NCBI GenBank assembly: GCA_018607365.1 | Contig: JABBBT010000033.1 | Location: forward strand, 1 to 59,278 | Direction of reading: 5' to 3' | DNA length: 59,278 nucleotides | Source: SAR86 cluster bacterium | Lineage (GTDB): Bacteria > Pseudomonadota > Gammaproteobacteria > Magnimaribacterales > D2472 | Shown: positions 1 through 9,669 of the stretch, in pieces | Position numbering within the stretch: position 1 is the first letter of the stretch | Layout of the letters: each line of letters opens with the position of its first letter | The notes under the pieces: generated by a model | Database searches by the model: none | The model's input: the letters and a program-made list of their open reading frames with translations, nothing else | What the model was told of the DNA's origin: nothing | Made by a program: the position numbers and the translations under genes

Positions 1-60
1 GCTGAAGAAGTTGTAGCTGAAGAGGCTCCTGCTGAAGAAGTTGTAGCTGAAGAAGCTGAA
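1..60 (+). repeat. In-frame tandem repeat with 30-bp period encoding AEEVVAEE(AP)
   Basis: gctgaagaagttgtagctgaaga occurs at 1-23 and 31-53. Confidence 0.9.
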
Positions 61-447
61 GAAACAGCGCCTGTCATATCAACTGTTGAAAGGTCACCTG
101 CCCAGATTGTTAGTGATTTTGAAAAAAAACAAATTAAAACAGATCTTCCTTCATTTAGACCTGGTGATACTGTTGTTGTATCTGTAAAGGTTAAAGAAGG
201 AGACAGAACAAGACTCCAGGCTTTTGAGGGTGTTGTAATGGGTGTTAAACAAGGCGGCCTCAATGCATCTTTTATTGTTAGAAAAATTTCTAGCGGTATT
301 GGAGTTGAGAGAACATTTCAAACGCATAGCCCAATGATTGATTCTATTGTAGTCAAAAGAAAAGGCGATGTTCGTCAAGCAAAATTATTTTATCTAAGAG
401 ATAGATCAGGTAAATCTGCAAGAATCAAAGAAAGACTCGATAAGTAA
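1..447 (+). CDS. rplS: 50S ribosomal protein L19 (5'-truncated by window edge) with acidic N-terminal repeat extension
   Basis: Frame 1 is open from base 1: [27 protein letters not shown]...[31 protein letters not shown]...GVERTF...[21 protein letters not shown]. The ORF-track ATG at 238 is internal to the L19 domain. Confidence 0.95.
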   Translation, partial: AEEVVAEEAPAEEVVAEEAEETAPVISTVERSPAQIVSDFEKKQIKTDLPSFRPGDTVVVSVKVKEGDRTRLQAFEGVVMGVKQGGLNASFIVRKISSGIGVERTFQTHSPMIDSIVVKRKGDVRQAKLFYLRDRSGKSARIKERLDK

Positions 448-1338
448 ATGCCAAAAGATATCAAAAAGGATCATTTAATTGAATCCTTTTTAGATTCTTT
501 ATATATTGAAAAAGGGCTTTCACAAAACACCGTTCAATCTTACAAAAATGATATTTCTTCATTTGCTGCTTGGGTTGAAAAGTATCCTGATATACCGCTC
601 GCAAAAACAACCAAAAGTAATATAAATCAATATATAGCTCATTTGTTTAAAAGTGGCTTAAAAAGCTCTTCAGTAAATAGAAAAATATCAACTATCAAGT
701 CTTTTTTCATATTTTTATTAAAAAAGAAACATATTTTATTATCCCCAGTTGAGGATATTGATATGGTAAGGCAGGAAAAGTATTTACCTGTATCTATGTC
801 TGAAAAAGAAGTAGAGCTTCTTTTAAAAAGTCCTAGTCTTGATAGTTTTATTGGAAGAAGAGATAGGGCCATGATTGAAATGCTGTATGCAACGGGTATG
901 AGAATTTCTGAATTGATAAACCTAAAAATTACAGATGTTGATTGTAACAGGCTGATAGCTAAAGTAATGGGTAAAGGTTCAAAGGAAAGATTAATACCTT
1001 ATGGAGAGATAGCTGCAGACCATCTAAATATCTATCTTCAAGACAGAAAAGATATTAATTCCAATGAAATTTTTTTAAGTAATAGAGGAAAGAAGATAAC
1101 TCGTGGTGCTTTTTGGAATAGAATTAAACTTTATTTAAGAAAAGAGAATCTCAAAGAATCTATTTCACCTCACACGCTTAGACATGCATTTGCTACACAC
1201 CTGTTAAATAGAGGTGCGGACCTTAGATCTGTTCAGATTTTGCTTGGACATAGTGACTTATCAACAACGCAAATATATACTCACATTGCTAAAAAAAGAT
1301 TAGGTGAAATCCTTAAAAAACATCACCCTAGAGGTTAA
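448..1338 (+). CDS. xerD: Site-specific tyrosine recombinase XerD
   Basis: LYATGMRISEL, GKGSKER, SPHTLRHAFATHLLNRGADLRSVQILLGHSDLSTTQIYTH, C-terminal HHPRG; next to dsbC. Confidence 0.95.
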   Translation: MPKDIKKDHLIESFLDSLYIEKGLSQNTVQSYKNDISSFAAWVEKYPDIPLAKTTKSNINQYIAHLFKSGLKSSSVNRKISTIKSFFIFLLKKKHILLSPVEDIDMVRQEKYLPVSMSEKEVELLLKSPSLDSFIGRRDRAMIEMLYATGMRISELINLKITDVDCNRLIAKVMGKGSKERLIPYGEIAADHLNIYLQDRKDINSNEIFLSNRGKKITRGAFWNRIKLYLRKENLKESISPHTLRHAFATHLLNRGADLRSVQILLGHSDLSTTQIYTHIAKKRLGEILKKHHPRG

Positions 1339-1340
1339 AA

Positions 1341-2054
1341 ATGAAAATACGTAATTTGTTATATATATTTATATTGTTTAGTAACTTTGCTTTTTCAGAT
1401 GAAGCTTTAATTGCATCTAACTTAAAAAATATCTTACCTCCTGACGCAAGTATTGAGAGCATAGAGCCATCTTCTTTCAAAGGGATCTATAAAGTTTATT
1501 ATGGCGACCTTCAGCCTATATATGTTTCAGAGGATGGTAGTTTTTTTATATATGGTGATATGTATAAAATTGGTGCAAGTGATATCACAAACATCACAAA
1601 AGAAGAAATTAAAGGAAGACGTTCTGATATTCTAAATTCTATCCCATCAAACGAGCTCATAACCTTTAAGTCAAGTAATGAATTATTTTCAATAACTGTT
1701 TTTACTGATGTTGATTGCGGCTATTGTAGAAAACTTCATTCACAAATTGATGAGTACAATCAAGCTGGCATAACTATAAAATATGCAGCTTTCCCAAGAT
1801 CAGGTATTGGAACTCAGACTTTTACAAAGATGGTAGGTGCATGGTGCTCAAAAGATCCTAAGCAAGCCATGACCGACTTAAAAAACGACAAAAAGATGAA
1901 TCTAGAATTTTGTGATGAGCAGCCAATTGCAAGACATTATATTATTGGACAAAAGCTTGGCATCAATGGGACCCCTGCAATAATAACTCCAGATGGAGAT
2001 TTAATTCCTGGCTATGTTTCACCTGAGGAATTGCTTTTACAAATCAAAACGTAA
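1341..2054 (+). CDS. dsbC: Thiol:disulfide isomerase DsbC
   Basis: Signal peptide, FTDVDCGYCRKLH, GTPAI; xerD-dsbC synteny. Confidence 0.92.
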   Translation: MKIRNLLYIFILFSNFAFSDEALIASNLKNILPPDASIESIEPSSFKGIYKVYYGDLQPIYVSEDGSFFIYGDMYKIGASDITNITKEEIKGRRSDILNSIPSNELITFKSSNELFSITVFTDVDCGYCRKLHSQIDEYNQAGITIKYAAFPRSGIGTQTFTKMVGAWCSKDPKQAMTDLKNDKKMNLEFCDEQPIARHYIIGQKLGINGTPAIITPDGDLIPGYVSPEELLLQIKT

Positions 2055-2057
2055 ATC

Positions 2058-3248
2058 ATGCCAGACCAACATTTTACTAATGCAGAAAAGCTACCTCCAT
2101 ATATTTTTGCTCAAATTAATAAGCTAAAACAGATTGCAAGATCAAATGGTGAGGATGTTATTGATTTTGGAATGGGAAATCCAGATCAGGCTACTCCTAG
2201 TGTAATTGTTGAAAAATTAATTGAAGCTGTTAGCAACCCATCAACTCATAGATATTCACAATCAGCAGGCCTGCCAAAATTAAGAGAAGCTATAAGTAAT
2301 TGGTACTCAAGAAAATATTCAGTTGATTTGGATGTTAATAATGAAATTGTTACTTGTATGGGATCAAAAGAGGGTATTGCGCATCTCTCACTTGCAACTC
2401 TTTCAGATAATGATGATGTCTTAGTGCAATCACCCACATACCCAATTCATTCTTATGGGGTGGTAATTGCTGGTGCAAACCTTCGTTCAATACCTTTGTG
2501 TGAAAATCTTGACAGCTTTTTGGTTGATATTGAATCAGCCATTCAAAACGGTATAAAAAAACCTAAAATGATAATTATCAATTTTCCTTCTAACCCAACA
2601 ACACAGTCAGCCGGCCTGGACTTTTTTAAGAAAATTGTTGAAATTGGAAAAAAGTATGATATCTGGATTGTGCACGACTTGGCATATGCTGACATTGTTT
2701 TCGATGGCTATAAGGCGCCATCCATTCTTGAAGTTGATGGAGCTAAAGACATTGCAGTTGAATTTTTTACATTATCCAAATCTTACAACATGCCTGGATG
2801 GAGAGTAGGGTTTTGTTGTGGCAATAAAAAATTAGTTCAAGCGCTAACTAAAATAAAATCCTATATGGATTATGGCACTTTTACTCCTATCCAAGTTGCT
2901 GCTATCAAGGCTCTCAATGACTGTGATCAAGATGTTATTGATATATGCTCTATGTACAAATCAAGAAGAGATGAGCTTTGCAATGGATTAAACAGAATAG
3001 GCTGGGATGTTCAAAAGCCACTTGCTACAATGTTTGTTTGGGCAAAGATTCCTGATAAATATCTTCATCTAGGCTCATTAGAATTTAGTAAGTTACTAAT
3101 AGAAAATGCTAACGTTGCTGTGTCTCCAGGGGCTGGATTTGGAATAAATGGAGATGAGTATGTTCGATTTTCATTAATTGAGAATGAGCATAGAATTAAA
3201 CAAGCAATTAGAGGGATTAAAAACTTTTTTTCAATGGAAATAAAATGA
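2058..3248 (+). CDS. alaC: Class I/II PLP aminotransferase (AlaC-like)
   Basis: DFGMGNPD, NFPSNPT, HDLAY, TLSKSYNMPGWRVG; upstream of hom as in many proteobacteria. Confidence 0.8.
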   Translation: MPDQHFTNAEKLPPYIFAQINKLKQIARSNGEDVIDFGMGNPDQATPSVIVEKLIEAVSNPSTHRYSQSAGLPKLREAISNWYSRKYSVDLDVNNEIVTCMGSKEGIAHLSLATLSDNDDVLVQSPTYPIHSYGVVIAGANLRSIPLCENLDSFLVDIESAIQNGIKKPKMIIINFPSNPTTQSAGLDFFKKIVEIGKKYDIWIVHDLAYADIVFDGYKAPSILEVDGAKDIAVEFFTLSKSYNMPGWRVGFCCGNKKLVQALTKIKSYMDYGTFTPIQVAAIKALNDCDQDVIDICSMYKSRRDELCNGLNRIGWDVQKPLATMFVWAKIPDKYLHLGSLEFSKLLIENANVAVSPGAGFGINGDEYVRFSLIENEHRIKQAIRGIKNFFSMEIK

Positions 3249-4513
3249 AATCATTAAATATAGGTATATGCGGATGGGGTAATGTTGCTACTGGAATGTT
3301 CAAGGCTCTTAATGATAATGCAGATGCAATCAAGTTAAATTCTGGATGTTCTTTTGAAGTAAAAGTCATTGGTGCAAGAAGAGACAATCCTAAATGCAAT
3401 CCTGGAGATACAAAAATATTGAGAGACATATTTGAAGTTGTTGATTGTGATGTAGATGTAATTGTTGAGCTTATTGGTGGTGTTGATGTTGCCCGAGAGC
3501 TAATATTGAAGGCTATAAGCAACAAAAAACATGTAATCACTGCTAATAAGGCTGTCATATTTCATCATGGAGATGAAATATTCAACGCTGCAAATAAAAA
3601 TGGGGTTAAAGTTCTTTTTGAAGCAGCTGTCTGCGCAGGTACTCCAATAATAAAACTTCTTAGTGAAGAATTAGCTGCAAACAATATTTCAAAAATATCA
3701 GGGATGTTGAATGGAACTTCTAATTTTATTCTCTCCAATATGGAAGAAGGAAGTGAATTTAAACCCACGTTAGAATTAGCTCAAAAAGAGGGTTATGCAG
3801 AGCCAGATCCTGCATTTGATATTGAAGGTATGGATGCTGCCCATAAAATTGGAATTTTATCTTCAATAGCTTTTGGCACACCCCTTCCGCCTGAAGATTT
3901 TTATATCGAAGGTATAACAAGCATTGAAAAAAGTGATTTTACATATGCAAGTGATATGGGTTATACGATTAAACATTTGGCGGTGGCTAAACTTGAAAAT
4001 GAGTCTTTAGAGCTTAGGGCGCACCCGGCGCTTATTAGAAAGTCCTCCCATTTAGCTAACTTAACGGGTGTTAGAAATGGAATGGAAATCGATACAGATT
4101 TAATTGGCAAAATTCATATTGCTGGTTCTGGAGCAGGCCAAGAATCAACTGCTTCTGGTCTCATATCTGACTTAGTGCATTTATCTAACTGCCCTGATGT
4201 CTCATCTGATGAGAGTCAAAAAGTTAAAACAACATATAAATTAAATAATTTTAATGATTTAGTTTTTCAATATTATTTTTATCTTGAAGCAGAAGATAAG
4301 CCTGGTGTAATGGCTTCAATAACATCAATGTTGGCATCAAAAAAAGTTGGAATTGAGTCAATAGTTCAAAAAGAAGATCATGGCAAAAATTCTGTACCAA
4401 TTATTTTAATTACAGACCCATTCAAGGAACATGATCATGCTGAATTACAAAAAGAGTTACTAGAGTTAGACTCAGTCAAAGCAGTAAGATCAATAAGAAT
4501 AGAAGCTGAATAG
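3245..4513 (+). CDS. hom: Homoserine dehydrogenase with C-terminal ACT domain
   Basis: GWGNVA, VITANKA, NGTSNFIL, GYAEPDP, DKPGVMA (ACT). Confidence 0.95.
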   Translation: MKSLNIGICGWGNVATGMFKALNDNADAIKLNSGCSFEVKVIGARRDNPKCNPGDTKILRDIFEVVDCDVDVIVELIGGVDVARELILKAISNKKHVITANKAVIFHHGDEIFNAANKNGVKVLFEAAVCAGTPIIKLLSEELAANNISKISGMLNGTSNFILSNMEEGSEFKPTLELAQKEGYAEPDPAFDIEGMDAAHKIGILSSIAFGTPLPPEDFYIEGITSIEKSDFTYASDMGYTIKHLAVAKLENESLELRAHPALIRKSSHLANLTGVRNGMEIDTDLIGKIHIAGSGAGQESTASGLISDLVHLSNCPDVSSDESQKVKTTYKLNNFNDLVFQYYFYLEAEDKPGVMASITSMLASKKVGIESIVQKEDHGKNSVPIILITDPFKEHDHAELQKELLELDSVKAVRSIRIEAE

Positions 4514-4515
4514 TA

Positions 4516-5904
4516 ATGTTATTCCACAGCACCAGAGGCGGAGATAATAACAGGACTTTTGAAGAAGTTTTGATGCAAGGTCTTGCAAGTGATGGTGGAT
4601 TATTTATGCCAAATGAATGGCCTCAAGTAGACTTAGATCATTTGAGAACTTTAAAAACATTTAGCGATATTGCAAATTATATAGTTCCAAAATTCACCAA
4701 ATCATCCTTCTCAGATGAAGAGGTAACTGAGCTCCTAAACTCTACATGGCATAACTTCTCTGAAGAAAATTTAGTAAAAATACAAAATTTAGATGAATCA
4801 AATGCAATTTTAGAGCTTTTTCATGGCCCAACCGCTGCGTTTAAAGATTTTGGCCTTCAACTTGCAGCCGCATTTTTTAATATGTCATTAAATAGACAGA
4901 ATAAAACAGCTATCGTATTTGGTGCCACCTCAGGGGATACCGGTTCTGCCGCAATAGATGCATGTAAAAGGTTTGATTCTATTAAAAGCTTCATCTTATT
5001 ACCCGAAGGCAATATGTCAGACGTTCAAAGAAGGCAGATGACAACGGTAGACAGCCCTAATGTATATACTTTATTAATTGATGGAACCTTTGATGATTGT
5101 CAGACGATCGTAAAAAAAGCCTTTAGTGAAAGGCCATTTCTTAAAAATGATCAATTTCTTCTTGCAGTAAATTCAATTAATTGGGTTAGGATAATTGGCC
5201 AGATTTGTTACTATTTTTACGCATCGTTAAAAATTTCAGAATTTAAAGAACCGCTAAACTTTTCAGTACCAACTGGAAACTTTGGTAATGTTTTTGCTTG
5301 TTACTCTGCTCATAAAATGGGGATGCCATTAAATAAGATCTTAGTTGCTGTCAATGATAATAATATTCTACATAGATTTTTTTCTAATAATGATTACTCG
5401 AAGCAAAAAGTCTCGGAGACTGTGTCTCCAAGTATGGATATTAGTATTGCTAGTAATTTTGAGAGACTGGTTTATGATTTTTACACTAATAGGAATGCTA
5501 AATCATGTATGAAATTTTATTCAGATTTCCCAGAGATTCCTATAAAAATAGAAGATAGTATGTGGAGTAAATCAAAAGACTTATTTTTAAGTTATTGTGT
5601 TGATGATTTTTCTACTGTTAACGCTATGAAAGACTCATATACTGATTTCAATTACTTAATGGATCCTCACACAGCTGTTGCCTCTAAGGCGGTTGAGCAG
5701 CTTAAGGATAAGCTTGAAGGAAAAACTGTAATACTCTCAACAGCTCATCCTGCAAAATTTCCTGATGTTATTCATAATGCAGGTCTTAAAATAAAAGATA
5801 CTCCGGATTCTCTATCTGTTATTTTTGATAAAAAAGAAAAAATATATAATTTTCCAGCATCTAAAGATGCAATTTTTGAATTTATAACCTCGCATAATAA
5901 ATAG
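4516..5904 (+). CDS. thrC: Threonine synthase
   Basis: GLASDGGLF, LELFHGPTAAFKDFG, ATSGDTG, VPTGNFGN, STAHPAKF. Confidence 0.96.
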   Translation: MLFHSTRGGDNNRTFEEVLMQGLASDGGLFMPNEWPQVDLDHLRTLKTFSDIANYIVPKFTKSSFSDEEVTELLNSTWHNFSEENLVKIQNLDESNAILELFHGPTAAFKDFGLQLAAAFFNMSLNRQNKTAIVFGATSGDTGSAAIDACKRFDSIKSFILLPEGNMSDVQRRQMTTVDSPNVYTLLIDGTFDDCQTIVKKAFSERPFLKNDQFLLAVNSINWVRIIGQICYYFYASLKISEFKEPLNFSVPTGNFGNVFACYSAHKMGMPLNKILVAVNDNNILHRFFSNNDYSKQKVSETVSPSMDISIASNFERLVYDFYTNRNAKSCMKFYSDFPEIPIKIEDSMWSKSKDLFLSYCVDDFSTVNAMKDSYTDFNYLMDPHTAVASKAVEQLKDKLEGKTVILSTAHPAKFPDVIHNAGLKIKDTPDSLSVIFDKKEKIYNFPASKDAIFEFITSHNK

Positions 5905-5906
5905 AA

Positions 5907-7004
5907 ATGGATTCCATAGAATTAAAATCAAGTCTTAGTAATTTAAAAAATCGGTTAAATGAAATAAGGGAAGGTATTTTTGATGTTTCATCTAAAGAGC
6001 AAAGGCTTGAACAGATCGAGTCTGATCTTTCAAAAGAAGAGGTGTGGTCTGATCTTGAGCTATCGCAAAAAATTAGCAAAGAAAAAACAGCAATAGAGAA
6101 ATCACTTGTAAATTTTAAATCCGTAGAAGAGAGAGTATCTGATGGCTTGGTATTTCTTGAAATTGCAGAAAGTGAATCTGATATGAAATCAATAGAAGAA
6201 ATAGCTAAGGATTTTTTAGTGCTCGAAGAGGCTGTTTCCAGTTTAGAGTTCAGTAGAATGTTTACTAATAAAATGGATCCAGCATCAGCATATGTAGAAA
6301 TACAGTCTGGCTCTGGAGGGACTGAAGCTCAAGATTGGGCGGAGATGTTATTAAGAATGTATTCCAAATGGGCAGAAAATAGAGGTTTTGATATTGATAT
6401 AACAGAAATATCACACGGAGAAATTGCAGGCATAAAGTCAGCTACTCTTCATGTCAGCGGCGATCACTCATATGGCTGGCTTAGAACTGAAACAGGCATT
6501 CATAGGCTGGTAAGAAAATCACCATTTGATTCTGGTAGCAGGCGTCACACCTCTTTTGCATCTGTTTTTATATCACCCGAAGTTGATGATTCTATTGAAA
6601 TTAATATTAACAATGCAGATATTAGAATTGATACCTATAGGGCGTCTGGAGCTGGCGGACAACATGTTAATAAAACAGATTCGGCAGTTAGGCTTACTCA
6701 CATACCAAGTGGCGTTGTAACCCAGTGTCAAAGTGGAAGATCGCAACATAAAAATAAAGAAAGTGCACTTAAACAATTAAAATCAAAGCTATACGAGTTA
6801 GAATTACAAAAACAGAATGAAGAGAGACAAACACTTGAGGAAAGTAAGTCAGATATAGGATGGGGAAGCCAGATTCGATCTTATGTTCTCGACCAATCAC
6901 GAATAAAAGATTTAAGAACGGGTTATGAAACGGGAAATACATCAGCAGTTCTCAATGGCGATCTTGATGAGTTTATGAAAACAAGTTTAAAAGCAGGAGT
7001 TTAA
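5907..7004 (+). CDS. prfB: Peptide chain release factor 2, single uninterrupted ORF
   Basis: SPF tripeptide (RKSPFD), GGQ motif (GAGGQHVNKT); prfB-lysS synteny; 365 aa with no internal stop. Confidence 0.96.
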   Translation: MDSIELKSSLSNLKNRLNEIREGIFDVSSKEQRLEQIESDLSKEEVWSDLELSQKISKEKTAIEKSLVNFKSVEERVSDGLVFLEIAESESDMKSIEEIAKDFLVLEEAVSSLEFSRMFTNKMDPASAYVEIQSGSGGTEAQDWAEMLLRMYSKWAENRGFDIDITEISHGEIAGIKSATLHVSGDHSYGWLRTETGIHRLVRKSPFDSGSRRHTSFASVFISPEVDDSIEININNADIRIDTYRASGAGGQHVNKTDSAVRLTHIPSGVVTQCQSGRSQHKNKESALKQLKSKLYELELQKQNEERQTLEESKSDIGWGSQIRSYVLDQSRIKDLRTGYETGNTSAVLNGDLDEFMKTSLKAGV

Positions 7005-8438
7005 ATGTCAGAAGAAAATATAGGTGGCGAAGAGGGAATCATTGAGGAAAGAAGAAAAAAGCTTGAAGTCCTTAGAAATAATAAAAAAGCATATGTAAAT
7101 AATTTTTTAAAAGAAAACTATGCTTCAGATATTCACTCTCAAAATAGCACTTTTACTAAAGAAGAGTTGGTAGAAAAAAACATAGAAAATATTTCAGTTG
7201 CTGGCAGAGTAGTTCTTATGCGTGTTATGGGCAATGCAAGTTTTGCAACAATAAGAGACTCTAGTGGAGATATCCAAATATATGTAAGTAAGAATACAGT
7301 TCCCTTAGAACTTTATGAAGATTTCAAAACCTGGGATCTTGGCGATATTATCGGTGTGAAGGGTAAATTATTTAAAACCCGAACTGATGAACTTACGATC
7401 GAGGCTAGTGATGTTATTTTAATTACAAAGTCTATTAGACCTATGCCTGACAAATTTAAAGGCCTTTCAGATATCGAGACCAGATACAGGCAAAGATACT
7501 TAGATTTAATGAGTAATGAGGATTCTAAAGAAGTTTTTATTAATAGAACCAAGATTATTGAATCTGTAAGAAATTCTTTAAAAAATAGAGATTTTATTGA
7601 GGTAGAAACTCCTATGATGCATCCAATCCCTGGAGGGGCTGTTGCAAGGCCCTTTGTAACTAAACACAATGCATTAGATAGAGAGTTATTTTTAAGAATA
7701 GCTCCAGAGTTATATTTAAAAAGGTTGCTTGTTGGTGGTTTTGAGCGCGTTTTTGAGATAAATAGAAGCTTTAGAAACGAAGGTCTTTCTACAAGACATA
7801 ACCCAGAATTTACAATGCTGGAATACTATGAGGCTTTTACAACACTGGAAAAAACAATAGAGTTTACTGAAAATATGATTAAATCAGCTTCAGATGAAAT
7901 CAATGATGGGCATAAAGTGATGTGGGGTAATGATGAAATTGATTTGTCTAATTTTAGAAAATGTAACCTTACAGATCTTGTCCTTGAAGAAAATAAAAAC
8001 ATTAGCAAAGAAGATATAAATAAGCTTGGAGGTAAAGAGCTTTTAGAGCTATTTGAGTCAACAGTAGAAGATAAGCTTATCCAACCAACCTTTGTCATAG
8101 GTTACCCTGTTGAGGTTTCTCCACTATCAAGAAGAAATAATGAAAATCCAAACATAGCAGATAGATTTGAACTATTTATTGGTGGAAAAGAGATTGCCAA
8201 TGGTTTTTGCGAGCTAAATGATCCTGATGATCAGGCTGAGAGGTTTAAAGAGCAAGTAAAAGCAAAAGATACAGGTGATAAAGAGGCGATGTCTTATGAT
8301 GAAGATTACATTATTGCATTAGAGCATGGAATGCCGCCTGCGGTTGGAGTGGGAATAGGCATAGACCGTCTCGTTATGATGATTACCAATCAAACATCAA
8401 TAAGGGATGTTCTTTTATTTCCTCAGCTTAAGTCTTAA
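7005..8438 (+). CDS. lysS: Lysyl-tRNA synthetase (class II)
   Basis: YRQRYLDL, APELYLKRLLVGG, FRNEG, HNPEFT, GIGIDRL. Confidence 0.97.
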   Translation: MSEENIGGEEGIIEERRKKLEVLRNNKKAYVNNFLKENYASDIHSQNSTFTKEELVEKNIENISVAGRVVLMRVMGNASFATIRDSSGDIQIYVSKNTVPLELYEDFKTWDLGDIIGVKGKLFKTRTDELTIEASDVILITKSIRPMPDKFKGLSDIETRYRQRYLDLMSNEDSKEVFINRTKIIESVRNSLKNRDFIEVETPMMHPIPGGAVARPFVTKHNALDRELFLRIAPELYLKRLLVGGFERVFEINRSFRNEGLSTRHNPEFTMLEYYEAFTTLEKTIEFTENMIKSASDEINDGHKVMWGNDEIDLSNFRKCNLTDLVLEENKNISKEDINKLGGKELLELFESTVEDKLIQPTFVIGYPVEVSPLSRRNNENPNIADRFELFIGGKEIANGFCELNDPDDQAERFKEQVKAKDTGDKEAMSYDEDYIIALEHGMPPAVGVGIGIDRLVMMITNQTSIRDVLLFPQLKS

Positions 8439-8445
8439 TATTAAA

Positions 8446-9660
8446 CTAATTCCCAGATGGTATATCTTTAAATGGTAAACCTTTATCTGCTCTTGGGTCT
8501 TGAGGAAGTCCTAAGACTCTCTCAGATATAATATTCTTAAGAATTTCATCTGTACCTCCGGCTATTCTTAAACCAGGGGCTCCAAGCCAAGCATTTTGAA
8601 AACTTTGTATTTCATTATTTTCTGGTTTTAGCATTCCTGCCATATCTAAAGAGTCAATTCCAAAATTACCAATATCTTGAAGCTTATTAGCACTTACTAT
8701 TTTGGTTATAGATGCTTCAGGGCCAGGTGTTTCACCTTTAGAAAGGGCAGACATAGTTCTTAATTTAGTATTTTTAAGACCATTAGCTTCACAATACCAG
8801 TCAGCTATAGATTCTCTAGCAGCCCTATTATTAATTAGATATTCTCCAGAATCATCTTGTTTTTTAGCCCAATTAAATGCTTCTTTTACATCAGCACCAT
8901 TAGCATCTCCAACTGCTAGTCTTTCATTCATTAGAGTTGTAATTGCAACCTTCCAACCATCTCCGATAGCTCCTAGTCTTTGAGAATCAGGTATTACAAC
9001 GTCAGTAAAATACACTTCATTAAAGCTAGAACCTCCAGTTATTTGTTTTATTGGCTTGACCTCAATTCCTGGAGATTTCATATCAACAAAGAAAAAAGTC
9101 ATACCTTTGTGTTTTTCAAGATTTGGATCATGTCTCACAACCAAGATGCCGTAATCACAAAAATGAGCACCAGAAGTCCATACTTTTTGGCCATTTATTA
9201 TCCAATTATCACCATCTTGTGTAGCCTTGCTTCTTAGGCCTGCAACGTCAGACCCTGCAGATGGCTCTGAAAATAACTGACACCATATTTCAGTACCTTC
9301 AGCCATTGATGGTAAAAATCTTTCTTTTTGCTCATCGGTTGCATACTCCATCATTACTGGGCCACACATACCAAGCCCAATTTCAAATATACCTCTTGGT
9401 ACATTAAATTTTGATTCTTCTTCTGCCCAAATAATTCTTTCTATTGGTGATGCAGCAATTCCTCCATATTCTTTTGGCCAATGAAGCATTGCCCAGCCTG
9501 CATCATATTTTTTCTTTTGCCACTGTTTGGCAACCTCTAAAAAATCTATATCAGAAAAACTTTCTCTACTGCTACTTGATTTTGGTTCTGCATTTTGTTC
9601 AAGCCATTCTCTGCAGGTTTTTCTAAATTGAGCTTGTTCTGTTGTGTCATTAAAATCCAT
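8446..9660 (-). CDS. Acyl-CoA dehydrogenase (catalytic subunit of probable alpha2beta2 pair)
   Basis: WCQLFSEPSAGSD, INGQKVWTS, IAGGTDEILKNIISERVLGLP. Confidence 0.9.
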   Translation of the reverse strand: MDFNDTTEQAQFRKTCREWLEQNAEPKSSSSRESFSDIDFLEVAKQWQKKKYDAGWAMLHWPKEYGGIAASPIERIIWAEEESKFNVPRGIFEIGLGMCGPVMMEYATDEQKERFLPSMAEGTEIWCQLFSEPSAGSDVAGLRSKATQDGDNWIINGQKVWTSGAHFCDYGILVVRHDPNLEKHKGMTFFFVDMKSPGIEVKPIKQITGGSSFNEVYFTDVVIPDSQRLGAIGDGWKVAITTLMNERLAVGDANGADVKEAFNWAKKQDDSGEYLINNRAARESIADWYCEANGLKNTKLRTMSALSKGETPGPEASITKIVSANKLQDIGNFGIDSLDMAGMLKPENNEIQSFQNAWLGAPGLRIAGGTDEILKNIISERVLGLPQDPRADKGLPFKDIPSGN

Positions 9661-9669
9661 TTTTACTTC

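Noticed and set aside
1-60. Repeat as a CRISPR array
   Set aside because: In-frame coding repeat with no unique spacers and no cas genes.
448-1338. Tyrosine recombinase as a prophage or island integrase
   Set aside because: XerD motifs and the core rplS-xerD-dsbC context; no att repeats or phage genes.
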